Positions 24,680 through 36,237 of a stretch of 60,000 nucleotides of DNA are shown piece by piece. Origin of the DNA: Amphiscolops sp. MND2022 (taxonomy: Eukaryota); contig OZ076413.1 of NCBI GenBank assembly GCA_964187785.1, positions 41,976,001 to 42,036,000 on the forward strand, given 5' to 3'. Within the stretch, counting starts at the first letter, position 1; every line of letters begins with the position of its first letter. The notes below the pieces were generated by a model, which searched no databases, had not been told where the DNA came from, and worked only from the letters and a program-made list of their open reading frames with translations. A program made the position numbers and the translations under genes.

Positions 24680-24990
24680 TAAGGGTTGTTTTTGATCATC
24701 ACATTAAGTTTTTATTGTGACATGGTTTTTGATGGGAGATTCGTGGTGAATTTCTAAGTTTGGGTCTGTTTCGGGGTGGGTTGGTTGTTTTGTGAAGTAG
24801 TTGTCTGGTGCATCTTGAAAGAGTTCATATAGTTCTTCTGGTGATGTTTCCAGGGTTGATTGTTGAGAGTTTTGTGTTGTTGAGTTCGTGTCAAAGATAG
24901 GTGTTTTTGTGGGTTTTGGACTCAGTTGATGCTGCCAGTCATCGGCTGAGTTTGGTTTTTGTGGTGATTTTGGGTAAAGGCGTGGCGTTT

Positions 24991-25003
24991 CTAGTTTAAA
25001 TCC
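24991..25003 (-). promoter_or_regulatory. Probable -1 ribosomal frameshift site at the end of gag
   Basis: Minus strand reads GGA TTTAAAC TAG: an X XXY YYZ heptamer directly before a stop. Confidence 0.65.
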
Positions 25004-26096
25004 TTCGACGAGGATTGTTGGTTTCTTTCGATTCTGGGTCTGATTGGCTGCTTTGGCTCGTTTGTATTCTTCGATAACTTGCTTTTGGGCTTCAGTTAGG
25101 TTCCATTTTGGTGGTCTATTATCCATATTGGCACCAAAATAGCATCTTTCTTCCTCATGTCCTGGAGTCTTACAATTGGGACATTTGGGTGCATCTGGAT
25201 CTTCTTCTAGTTTTCGCCTTTTAGCTAATTTAGGGCAGTCAGTCATCATGTGGCTGGCATCTTTGCAGTAACGACATTGATCATTTTTGAGTGTTTTGAC
25301 GGGTACTGTTTTCGGAGTTTGTTTTTTGGTTTTGTCAACTTGTTTTTTGTTGGTTTTTTCAGTGTTTTGTTCTTTTTTGGTAACGGTCATCTGAGTTTTG
25401 ACGAGGGCTTCGTCGGCCTCTAGACCATTAAGTTCCATCTCTTTCAAGATGTTTGACGATTTGGTCATAAGAGCCATTTTCCAGATAGGCTTGGTTGATG
25501 GATTTTTTAAGATGCGGTGGCATCTTGGCATAGAGTAGATTCTCTATCATATGGTGTGCATTGTCACCGAAAACTTTTTCTGCGCTTTCTTGTAAATCTT
25601 CAAGAAAATCCGGTAGCTTTTGGTTTTCTGGATCAAACGTTAGTCGATGAAATCTATGTTTTGCCGAAGCACTTGATTCTGGTTTGACGTACTTTCGGCG
25701 GAAAACTTTTAGGATGTCTTCCAGTGTTGTTGTGGGTGTTCTCTGGATGTTCTTGAAGGTTTTTAACGCCAATCCTCTGAGATGTGCATGAAAGTGGTAG
25801 ATCTTCATTTCTTCTGTGAGATTTGGCTGCATTTTGAGGGTTGTGTGGAATAAGTCCTCGAAATATTCGAATTTTTCATTTTTCTCGTTTTTTCCATTGA
25901 ATGTGAGTGTGTTTTTAGGGTGAAAGAGGGATTGTTGTGAGTTTTTATTGGCTAGTTCTTCTATAGCCTGTGCAATTTGGTTGACCGGGTCAAGTGGTTT
26001 TGTTGTGGAGGTAAAAGTGTTGCGGTCTGCGTGGGATCCTAAGGTGTCGTTTAGAAGTGGGGTATTTTGAGAGCTTTGTCTATGGAGTGGTTTGTT

Positions 26097-26110
26097 GGCT
26101 CCTGTCACCA
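26097..26110 (-). promoter_or_regulatory. Primer binding site
   Basis: TGGTGACAGGAGCC immediately follows the 5' LTR end; the primer tRNA was not identified. Confidence 0.7.
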
Positions 26111-27436
26111 TGTGATAATCCTCCTCATCGGATTCTTCGTTAAAGATGACTGTTGCATCTAATGTTGTATCATTTTGGTGTATAGGTTTAGCGGGATGCC
26201 TTAAATCTCTCTTTTCTGAGGCTTTGAGGGGGATATCTTCGCTTTCAGAGTCTATACTTTCGTTATCAGATGCGTTTACTCCCATAGACCTTTTACCCTT
26301 GGATCCCGATGGTTGCATGCTTTCTATTTCATTCATCTCAGATCTAGGATTAGTTGTCATAGATGTGCTTTTACTGGTTTTTATCTCCATCAGAATCGCA
26401 TCTAATTTGTTCTCCATTTCTTCTTTCATTTTAGTGATTCTATCTATGTTTTTCTGTTCAAAAATCTCGGTCCAAGCTTGAATTTCATTATTGACTTGGC
26501 TGGGTTCAACTAGTCTGTGTCTCAAATCAGTTTCACCTAAACTTTCTTGACTTTGTAAATTAACATTAGTTAAAGTTTCATTTCCTTGACTTGGGGTTTC
26601 TATGCGTACTTCGCTTGTTTCTCTCTCCGGGGACGGAGTTTCTAACCTTCTGGACCTTCGATTTCTTCTATTTCCCATCTTGCTCAAGAGGAAAATTGGG
26701 TTGAAGTGCAGAAAGAATTTGAATTTATTCGTCAATGTTGTGAAAACTATTCGGGTGATACAAAGAGTTATCAAGGAAACTGCTTTTACAGTGTTTGGGT
26801 TTATTGTTACAGAACAACTGTCTCTGGTACCAGTTATATTTCAACTGAAGTGAAACTGCACTTTTTCTGATGAAAAAAATCACAAAGCATGACACTCAAT
26901 TTTAGGGTCGTCATCGATCCAAAAATACTATAAATAAACTGACGTCAGGGTGACGTAATTCTATTTATAACTTACAAATAGTAATTGCATGACTTCCAAT
27001 AATCTAACTATGCTAAAGCAACAAGTCCCTGGGAAACTGCTGAATGCCGCACATACGTCATCCAGTTTTCCGCTTAGTGACGTATGATCGAAGCTTATTA
27101 AAAGCACCAATAAAACATGTTATAAGTTAGAATCCGCATGGTACCGCACAGCTCCTTAGTTAATGAGTACATATGTTCATTCATGTCAACAAAATGAAAG
27201 CATCAATGTTTAAGGCATTTGTCAAAGCGTAAACATCAAACTATAAGATTAAAGAGTTTGCATGACATTTTCTAAGTATCAACTGAAAATTAAATCAACA
27301 TAAATACCAAAAGGAAGTTAAGAACGTTTAAGAGTTTCAAGTCCTCGAGTTGTTTTTGAGTTTTTTTGGAGATGACTAAGTATTCTCGTTTAGGGTTGTT
27401 GCCCAACAGCTCCAGCACAACTGTGGGGTTGTGACA
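26111..27436 (-). repeat. 5' LTR (1326 bp)
   Basis: Direct repeat of 11861-13270; TATA-like TTATAAATAG at 26961-26970 (minus) and TGACGTCA at 26940-26947. Confidence 0.95.
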
Positions 27437-27639
27437 ATATTTATTTTATAAAAATAAAAATATTATTTTATAAATTTATTTATTATATTTTTTAAATAAG
27501 AAATCTCTGATATCAGAGATTCCTTATCATTAAATTAAAAATTTATATAATAAAATCAATTTTATATAATAAAATCAATTTTATATAATAAAATCAATTT
27601 TATTTTATATATTATATATATTTACTGAAAGAGCTTTGC

Positions 27640-28874
27640 TCATAATAAATCAAAATGCCTTTGTCCATCACTACTGATACTTCTCAGTTTAGGTGTTAGG
27701 ACTAAGGCATAAGCTATATAATCTGCTACATCAATGGCAGCATTAAATTTAAAATCTAATCTAGTAGGTTGACTGGCAATATTATCTTCTTGTTTGGATA
27801 AATCAAACACATAAAATTTATAATTTGTCCTGAGTTTATGCAAATTAATAAACGGATTGAGTAGATTAGTTTCTTTTTTTAACAAATAGAAGTTTTCAAT
27901 TTAATTTCACTGTATGCTTAATCATATTTGTCGCGGTCGTAGTCACATTCTATTCCATCATCGGGATATTTTTCTGATCCTATTTTACAAACTGCATTTG
28001 AAACAGGTAAACGATCAAATTTTGCATTATCATGTGTTTGTGAATCAATTTTATTTCTAGCTTGAAAACCAACAGTTACAAAAGTTGGTGTTGATTCTCC
28101 ACTGTTGCCTAATTCAAATGTCCAATTGTTATTGGTGTTAACATCTTTTCTAAAAACAGTTCCTTCGGTATAAAATATTTCAGTTGGGTCTTTGTCTATT
28201 ATTTGATCCATCACGAGTTGTTGGTTTTCCATTGATGGTGTGTAGTGTGGAATGTACCAGGAGATGTCTTTTATAACAATTTTTGCAGCATCCCCACCAT
28301 TGTCCCTGATAATAGGGTCGTTATTATTATTACGTTTTAATGTGAGACTGTAACCCAATCCATAAGTTATTTTTTCTCGATCAGCAAATCCAAATATATC
28401 AGTTAGTTTTATTCTCACAAAAAAGGTTCCTTTCTCTGTTTTATTATTTGTTAGTTCTTGTCTTCTACTTGCTTGTGATTCTTCAAACCCATACATCAAT
28501 TGACTTGTTTGTTGGGTACTTGTTAAAAGTTCATATATTAAACATACCGGGTGTAGGTTATCAACTTTCTCTAGATGTTTACCGGATGATGTTACAAGTT
28601 TAGCTTCACTAAATAAAGCAACGGGTCCAAAGTTGACCAAGCTGATTTGATCACCATCTGCATATCTTGTATCATCATTTTTAAGAACTTCAAATTCTAA
28701 TGATATGTATGAGTTTTGTAAACAAATATATGCATCTTCTCTTGGGAAGATGATGGAAATATTTGAATTACTATTAATAATTGTAGCTAAACTACTAGGT
28801 GAGTATTTAATAAAATCAATTTTATGAATAGGTTTATCCATAGCATATTTCTTTTTCAATGAAAATAATTCCAT
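27640..28874 (-). pseudogene. Polinton major capsid protein, frameshifted near 27900
   Basis: ~410 codons with PREDAYICLQNSYISLEFEV, ALFSEAKL..SGKHLEKVD and YKFYVFDLSKQ, as seen in Polinton MCPs. Confidence 0.8.
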
Positions 28875-29078
28875 TTATAAAAGAATGAGTATTCATGATG
28901 ATAATTTAAAATTTATATTTATATTATTTTTACTAAATAAATTTATCCTAAAAAAGTAAACTCAGAATTTAGTTTAGTTTTATTGTTTTTATACACATCA
29001 TATGTTTGTTTTAAATTGTTGTATTCATTCAGATCAATTTTATTGTCTTCTAAACATTTTGAATGTAGTTTACAGAAA

Positions 29079-29465
29079 TCATTTAGTGTTCCACCAGCAA
29101 GAGTATATTTTTTTAATTTTGTGTTGTTCTTTTCTTTTCAGGTATTCGTTAAGAATTTTACTGATTATGGATACTCCTGCACCTATACCACTCGCGATGG
29201 GTACAACAACAAGTCCAACTCCGGTAACACTTAATGCGATAGCAGTTGAAGAAACACCCAATAATAAAACTCCATCAACAGATTGAATTAAACCGTTTAT
29301 AATTTTATATGTTTTGGATTTCTTTTTATACTTTTTAGCTTCATGATTATAAAAAGTTTGAATTTCATTTATATTTTGAATTGAATTATTAAAACTATTT
29401 GTTTCTTTTAATCTAAGATCAAGATTCTGATCTTGTTGTAAACATGGGTACAATTTTTCACTCAT
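29079..29465 (-). CDS. GasderminX-like hydrophobic-hairpin protein, C-terminus frameshifted
   Basis: LYPxL start, KKYK, Gly-rich hydrophobic hairpin (LSVTGVGLVVVPIASGIGAG), basic tail. Confidence 0.6.
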   Translation of the reverse strand: MSEKLYPCLQQDQNLDLRLKETNSFNNSIQNINEIQTFYNHEAKKYKKKSKTYKIINGLIQSVDGVLLLGVSSTAIALSVTGVGLVVVPIASGIGAGVSIISKILNEYLKRKEQHKIKKIYSCWWNTK

Positions 29466-29512
29466 TTAATTTTAAATAAAAACTTAATTTTATAAAGTAT
29501 TTAGTTCAAATT

Positions 29513-30230
29513 TTACAAATTAGTTTCCAAAAAAGTTGGTTTCTTAAAAAGTATAAAATTAATCTCAGTATCGGTTAGTTTCATTCTATATTTAAGGTCA
29601 ACTATATCGTTGTATTCATCTATTTTTAAGGAATACACGATATCTTCTCGCGTTGAATAGTCTAAATCTGATAAATAATACACACCATCTGATGTCTTTA
29701 TTTCTTTTCCGTATTTTTCCAACAAGTATTCATCACTAAAAAATAAGTACTCATTAAAGATTTGGTCTTTATTTTCAAATGAGTCAAACAATCCTTTGTT
29801 GTATAGTAATTGAATGGTATCTTTGACTGTTTGATTTTTACATTTTTCCAATTCCGAAATAAGGTTTCTCTCAAAATGATTACGCATAATGGTTTGTTGT
29901 TCTTCCACTAACTTGGCAGCATCCAAAATTATTTCTTTTTTCTTTTCTAAAAATTTTTTTTCAACATCTTGTTCTAAGTATTTCAGGTTGATTTTCAAGT
30001 CTTCTATATTTTTATTTATGTTCAAGAATAACTTTGCATTGACTACTACCTTGGTTTCACCATCATCAAAATTAATTTCTTGTACACTTTTTAGGTTGTC
30101 AAAGTTTTCTAATTTGTCAGATATATCAATAAGTTTTATATTAAATAATTTGGTTTGTGATTCGAATTCTTTTTCAAGATTCTCAATCTTATCTTTTTGT
30201 AAGCTTTCGGCACTATAACCGAATTTTTTA
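29513..30230 (-). CDS. Polinton hypothetical coiled-coil protein
   Basis: The frame of the 170-aa ORF stays open upstream to ~30230 (KKFGYSAESLQKDKIENLE); the start appears damaged. Confidence 0.5.
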
Positions 30231-31090
30231 AATATAAATACTCATAACGATGGAAAATATTCATACTTTCTAACGTTTTTTTGTTAGATTTAAAATCGAA
30301 TACACTTCTTAAAAGTTCTTGTTCATAATATTTTCCTTCTATTTGTTCGTTGTTTTCATCTACTAAACCATACGTAACTGGGTTAGTTGGATTAATTTTA
30401 TGTATTTTAAAAAGTTCTCTGTTCCAATTTGTTGTATAACCTTTACTATATAAATTGCGTTTATCAGGAACTCTTACATAGTCTCCCACTTGGAATTTGT
30501 GTTGTTTCGGTTTATTAACAAAAGTAGGTGGATCTATTGGTTGATTATTAGCTTCAAAAGGTGTCATTTTTGTTGTACCATGAACACGATTATTATACTT
30601 ATCCAAAGCACTGTTAATATGATTCAACCAACAAGCCTTACGTTCAATATACATTGGTTTTTTATTAGATCTAATAAGGTTCTATTGAATCGTTCAACAA
30701 AAACAGCTTTTAAATCTGAATTAGTTGAATAAATTTGAATTTCATTTTGTTTAAGAAATCCAAAAATGTTTTATTATAAAACTCTTTACCTCTATCTGAC
30801 CAAATTTTATCAGGTTTTCTTTTTGCTTTTTCAATAAGACTTTTAAATGCAGTTGTTGTACCTTTTCCTGTTTTATCTTTGAGAGGAATCGCCCATGCAA
30901 ATTTAGTATGATTGTCAATTATTGTAAAAATAAACTTGTAGTTTTTGTTGTATTTTGATAAGCTAGACCTGTCTATCAGATCAATACTCCAACATTCATC
31001 TTTATAGTGAGTTTGTATTTGAATTCTTTGAAACTTCTTGATTATAGTAGAGAATACTTCTTTAGCAATTTCTTTCTGCTTTTCACTCAT
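30136..31090 (-). pseudogene. Polinton retroviral-like integrase, frameshifted
   Basis: WSIDLID, IWSDRGKEFYN, AVFVERFNRTL, YNNRVH..KMTP, KFQVGDYVRV..KGYTTNW..YYEQEL. Confidence 0.93.
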
Positions 31091-31104
31091 TTATTTCCTA
31101 ATAA

Positions 31105-32129
31105 ATGAATAAAAAATTTTATATAGGTTTATTATGTGTATTTTTTATTATAGTTTTATATATTTATTGGTATTATATTAGACCTAGACCTTACGAAAAA
31201 TTATACCAAAAACTAAAACATTTCAAGGGATTTAAAAAGTCCCATCTAACTGATCAACCAAAAGACGAGCCACAAGTCAAATCAATCACAAATACTAATT
31301 GTCATTTTTGGTGTATGGTACTAGTGGATCAGGTAAGACTAGTTTCCTGAAGTATTATTTAGATCAAACTAAAAGCGATTTTATAGTATTCGGTAGAGAT
31401 GAGACTGAGTTTAAAGATAATTATATACCTTTGTTGCAGTTAGAAAAAATAGAAATTGAATCACTTGCTAATAGTACGATAATTTTAGATGATGCAGGTG
31501 CATATACAAACCTTAGAACAAAAGTAGAAGATTTGTTTAGATTTGGTAGACATCATATTATACAAGTTATTTATCTTGCGCACTATGCAAAGGATGTTCT
31601 ACCTGTTGTAAGAGAGAATTGTTTTAAGTTTTATATCACAATAAATAATCCAGATACATTTTTCGAAACAATGATGAGTTGTTATAGTATCAAACAACTT
31701 AATTGGAAACAATATCGTGATCAATTAGAATTTGGTGTAATTGAATTTGATACTAGATCACAAAAGTATAAAATACTCAATCACAAATACCAACTAGTCT
31801 ACGATACAACTAAACATAAATGGAGTCCTGAGGATTATGTAAAATATGAAAGTTATTTCTTTACAGGTGAAGAATATAATAGATTGAAAATATTTTTAGA
31901 AGAGATGTCAGATCAAACAATTGAAATAACACCTTTTAATGTAGCTTATTATTATGTATATTATTGTAAACAAAATAAATTTAAAGTAAATGAATCTAAA
32001 ATAGACAATTACATCGATAGAATGCAACAACTAATAATTTCAGACAAACTTGAAGAAGATTTTAAAAATATAATAATGGAACAAGCAATTAGTTACGGTA
32101 AAGCTGGCATCGCAAATAGTTTAAAATGA
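31105..32129 (+). pseudogene. A32/FtsK-like ATPase 1 with a probable N-terminal membrane anchor (frameshift ~31300)
   Basis: GTSGSGKT, IILDD, FRFGRH; the overlapping upstream ORF begins MNKKFYIGLLCVFFIIVLYIYWYY. Confidence 0.8.
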
Positions 32130-32178
32130 AATAATTACCCAAACAAATGGGTTTGATTTCTTAGTGATTTCTTGGTAA

Positions 32179-32273
32179 AATCACTAAGCAAATTCACTAA
32201 GAGCATTTTTTTGTCACTAAGCAAATAAGTTACACTTAAAACATCATGCTCTTAGTGAATTTGCTTAGTGATT
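32179..32273. repeat. Perfect 28-bp inverted repeat with 39-nt loop
   Basis: aatcactaagcaaattcactaagagcat (32179-32206) and atgctcttagtgaatttgcttagtgatt (32246-32273). Confidence 0.9.
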
Positions 32274-32294
32274 AAGTGATTTTTTACTAAATAA

Positions 32295-33275
32295 ATGAAG
32301 TGTATAATTTGTGGAAAAAGTAATGAAAAATCTGTCTGTTTCGATTGTGAGAATAAAAAAAGATGTAAAGTGTGCAATATACTGAAAACAGATTTTTACA
32401 AATATAAAAATGGTAAATTGTATAGTACATGTATAGAATGTTTCAATATAAAGTAAAATGTGAATTCTGTAATACAGAATTCAATAAAACTTATTTATCA
32501 AAACATTTAAAAAGATGTATTATCAATCATGATAATAATAATTATACAAATAATACCGAAAGTGTTTCGCGTCTTATAAATCATAATGATGAAAGTCATG
32601 AAAATAATAATATAAAGAATAATGATGAAAATAATAATGATGAAAATAATACCGGAGGCCAGCAAAGCTGTAATAGAACATTAATATTTGGCCCATCCTT
32701 TTGTGGTAAGACTCATTTGCTAATAAATAAATTACAATTAATTCGATTATATGATAAAGAAAAAGAAATACATATAATAACTAGATCTCCAAATCAATAT
32801 GAAGATTTTGAATTAGAAGACACCGAAGGCGCTTTGCGTATAGTAATAGAAGAAAATCTAGAAGATAAAAGTATACAAGACTTTCAAAATTGTTGTGTTG
32901 TATTTGATGATATGTTGGATAGTAATCAAAAACTAATAGATCCATTTTTCACTAGAGGAAGACATAATGATTTAGATGTTTTTTTATTTATCACAGTCAT
33001 ATTTTGATTTACCTAAAAGAACAATTAGAAACAATAGTAATATCATAATTTTATTTCAACAAACATTGAAAGATGTTGAACATATATACAGAGATATTGC
33101 TGGTTTTGATATGTCTTATGATGAATTCAAAAGTTTGTGCAGAGAGGCATGGAAAGAAAAGTACAACTATTTATTAAAAAACAGGTTAGAAGATAAAAAT
33201 GGGAGTAGGTATAAAATATGTAATGAATCTAATCCAGAGTATAAAATCGTTAGTCCACAAACGGATCCTTTTTAA
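32295..33275 (+). pseudogene. A32/FtsK-like packaging ATPase 2 with N-terminal Cys-rich Zn fingers, two frameshifts
   Basis: MKCIICG..CFDC..CKVC..CIEC..CEFC; GPSFCGKT; VVFDDML; FTRGRHN; YLSQSYFDLPKRTIRNN. Confidence 0.88.
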
Positions 33276-33280
33276 ACAAA

Positions 33281-33571
33281 TTAATCTTTTGAATACATAA
33301 TTTCTTCTTTTAGGTTCTTCACATCTTTGTCTGGTTTTTGTCCTAGTTGTTCAAAGCAGTTCCAAATCATTTCTGATAGACTTTCCAACTTTAATTCAAG
33401 TTGAAAATTTTCTTTTCTCAATTCTTGAATTTCTTTTTTCAATTCATTGAATTGATTATCTTTAGATGGATTATCCATTTCATTGGAATGATTATGGTTT
33501 GATTTATTTTCCAAATTTTCTTTTCTCAATTCTTGAATTTCTTTTTTCAATTCATTGGATTGAATATCCAT
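33281..33571 (-). CDS. Small coiled-coil protein with internal duplication
   Basis: 96-aa ORF containing NELKKEIQELRKEN twice. Confidence 0.55.
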   Translation of the reverse strand: MDIQSNELKKEIQELRKENLENKSNHNHSNEMDNPSKDNQFNELKKEIQELRKENFQLELKLESLSEMIWNCFEQLGQKPDKDVKNLKEEIMYSKD

Positions 33572-33600
33572 TATTATTTATATACAATTTTTAAATTTAA

Positions 33601-34437
33601 TCAAAATGCTGAAACAATATTCTGGTGTTGATTTGTTGTAATACATTCATATTCCAGGAGTTGATCTGCAATTGCTATGATTTGTTAACTAAGCATAGGA
33701 TTATCATTTCCTCCTACTTTTTCTAACACGATTAATTTAAGTTGATCTACAAGTTCATCTGGATCGGATGGAAGGAAAATAAACTTCAATCCACTTCCTT
33801 CTTGATAATATGTATTAAACATAGCTTTAATTAAATAATATTTTCTTGATTTTTCATCTCCATAATTTATATTATATTTCATATCATTTAAAAAACTGTA
33901 AATTATGTCGCTATTTTGTGGTAGATTATCGAAGTGTGTATTCGTTATAGAATATGAAAGATCCGGATCATTTAAATAGTACGTGTTACCATTCGGGAAA
34001 GTCATCGTTGAACCTTTGATTAGTACTTGTTGAGAATCAGTAGGGTTAATTGTGAATAAATTGGAACTTCCTTCCACGGGTTCTAAACTAAATTGACTTT
34101 TGTTGTTGTCATTAAGCAAATTAGAAACTGTCTTAACGATACTAGAATCAACTTGGTTTACTCGATTCTTGTATTGCTCTAGTTTGGTCTTGTATTGCTT
34201 GTGTTGTAGTTTGAGTCGAGTCTCGTAGTACTTGTATTTGCTTTTCGGAAAGTTCTTGTTGTTTAGAAATGTTTTGTTTCTGTTTTTCTGTTACGGGTTC
34301 AAAAACTTCTTCCATATCGTAATGAAAGTCTTGCTTCCCTAGGAGTTGTTTTAATCTTTCAGGTTTTATTAAAAATTTTGATTCTTGTATTTTTTTTTAA
34401 TTTTTCTAAAGTCATCTCGATTATGAATTGGATACAT
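33601..34437 (-). pseudogene. Conserved Polinton protein (GSGL..DPDELVDQLKL..GGN type)
   Basis: Broken ORF from ATG 34437 to stop 33601. Its C-terminal motif resembles the DPNELxxRL..AGN motif of Polinton hypothetical proteins and follows a possible protease site. Confidence 0.6.
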
Positions 34438-34556
34438 AATTTATTTATTAATCATAAAAATAAGATATCGAGAGATTCCTTATCAAAGATCCCTTATTAT
34501 TTGGAATCAAAGATTCCTCATTATTCAATTTACAGCATAGCCAGCGAAGCTGTAAA

Positions 34557-34958
34557 TCAATGAATTTTACCCAAGTACAGGCCTTTTCCTTGATGAACAA
34601 ATTTTATAATATCAGGAGCAGTTGCGGCAAAAAGTTTTCGATTTTTACTTGCTGCTGCTGTACCAATATTAGCTGCGAGTTCTAATGCTCTTCCATGATT
34701 ATTTAACATTTTCTTTCCAACATTTTTTGCAGCTTTGCCAATTTGTTTAAAGAAGTCACCCAATCCCTCGGCTGAAATAGTTTGATCAGATACTATAGGC
34801 GATTTACTTCTCTTACAAGTTGAACAAGTACCTCTTAATAGTTTTACAGGCATCCCAGTTTTTTTATTTTGAGTAATATCTCCACGAATATTTATGGTAG
34901 TGGAATAATGTTTTCCACCAACACAATATGAATTATTTTTAAATTTACTAAAGCTCAT
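34557..34958 (-). CDS. Basic virion core / membrane-lytic-like protein
   Basis: YCVGGKH..GTCSTC Zn-ribbon-like region, then amphipathic EGLGDFFKQIGKAAKNVGKK and a terminal GKGL. Confidence 0.55.
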   Translation of the reverse strand: MSFSKFKNNSYCVGGKHYSTTINIRGDITQNKKTGMPVKLLRGTCSTCKRSKSPIVSDQTISAEGLGDFFKQIGKAAKNVGKKMLNNHGRALELAANIGTAAASKNRKLFAATAPDIIKFVHQGKGLYLGKIH

Positions 34959-34970
34959 TATTTATTAAGA

Positions 34971-36057
34971 TTAAATCTTGATGATTTGAATTGTGAATGT
35001 TAATGTTTCGGAGTTGAAATCAACTGGATTATGGTTGGAATCTTCTGAGAAAAATTGAATACTATCTAACCTTGTTTTGTTTATTTTTTTATGCAAAATA
35101 ATATTGGGTTCTTTTATAATTTTATATCCGGGAGGAGCACTAAGATTAAATGAAAATAAAATTTGTTCTCGTATACCATTAACAATTGAACCATCTACAC
35201 AATCACATTTAAGATGAACTTTGTCTGTCGTTGTTATCATAACTGGTTTTTCTGATCTATGAGTTCCTTCTGAGTATCTAGTCTTTGTAAATGCTAAAAG
35301 GTTGTTAAGTTCGGAGTTGAATACAATGTGGTTTGATGATGATAATATTGATTTCATTGATATTGTATCGGCTTGTATATTGTATTCAATCTTTTGTTTG
35401 TTTAAGCTTTTTAAATGTTTCTGTATCAACTGGTGCATAATCTTTGCTTTCTATAATTTTTTCCTTAATAGCATTATTTATTTCAGTTAATTCATATACT
35501 CCTGGTGTTAACTCAATTTTAACATGATCTATAAAAATGTTGTAATCAGGAATAATTATATTGAGAGATCCCTTATTATTTTTAGTATTCTCAAGATTAA
35601 CTAGATTAAATAATTCCGTTAAAGTATCAAAATCTTCTTGAGTTAGACCTCGTTTTTTCTTATAATTATCAACTATAAGTTTATTAATTTTTTCTATATT
35701 AGAGATTCCTTTATTATCAGATGTTTTATATAAATACTCAACCTTTCTTACTAATTCAGTGTCAAGTCCTAGTACATCAATTTGATCTTTTCTGAGAAGT
35801 ATTTTAAAGTTGTTATTTTTTTCAGTAATGTTATATACAGTGTTGTATACTTCTAAACTTGTTACTCCCATCATCCATTGTTCAGGCAATTCTAAAGGAA
35901 TATCAAATGAAAAAGATTCTTTTTGTTTATTCATTTTAAATTCTAAAGTTTCTTGTGGTTTAGAATGTGTATTTTCAACAATTTTTTGATTAGATTTTGC
36001 AATACTCAACAAAAGAGATTCTTTTTTATCATAGGTTACAAAAATTGATAGATCCAT
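34971..36057 (-). pseudogene. Polinton minor capsid protein (penton), frameshifted ~35430
   Basis: WMMGVTSLEVYN, LTPGVYE, VHLKCDCVDGSIVNG..PPGYKIIKEP..PVDFNSE. Confidence 0.8.
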
Positions 36058-36060
36058 TTA

Positions 36061-36237
36061 TTAGGAGAAAAATTGTTTAAATCCACTTGCGGATATCTTA
36101 TTTATAAATTCTTGGTTTTGTTTTGATAATTTCTTTTTTTGATTATTTTTTTCTTTCTCATCAAATTGATTCTCATTGGTATTCATTGGTTTTTGAATAA
36201 TTTTAAATTGAGCTGAATAATTATTAATTTTCTTCAT
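36061..36237 (-). CDS. Small basic hypothetical protein (58 aa)
   Basis: Fills the gap between protease and penton exactly; TAAATG start abutting the protease stop. Confidence 0.4.
   Translation of the reverse strand: MKKINNYSAQFKIIQKPMNTNENQFDEKEKNNQKKKLSKQNQEFINKISASGFKQFFS

Larger units (their letters stand above)
24704..26678 (-). pseudogene. Gypsy gag (frameshifted near 25440 and 25050) plus gag-pol linker
   Basis: ATG at 26678 (MGNRRNRR), capsid-like LTFNGKNEKNEKFEYFEDLF..HLRGLALK, two CCHC knuckles (CRYCKDASHMMTDC, CPNCKTPGHEEERC). Confidence 0.9.
11861..27436 (-). mobile_element. 15.6-kb Ty3/Gypsy LTR retrotransposon with accessory genes, nested in the Polinton
   Basis: TG...CA ends, TSD ATATT (11856-11860 and 27437-27441), two long LTRs, PBS-like TGGTGACAGG, gag and PR-RT-RH-INT on the minus strand. 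Confidence 0.96.
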
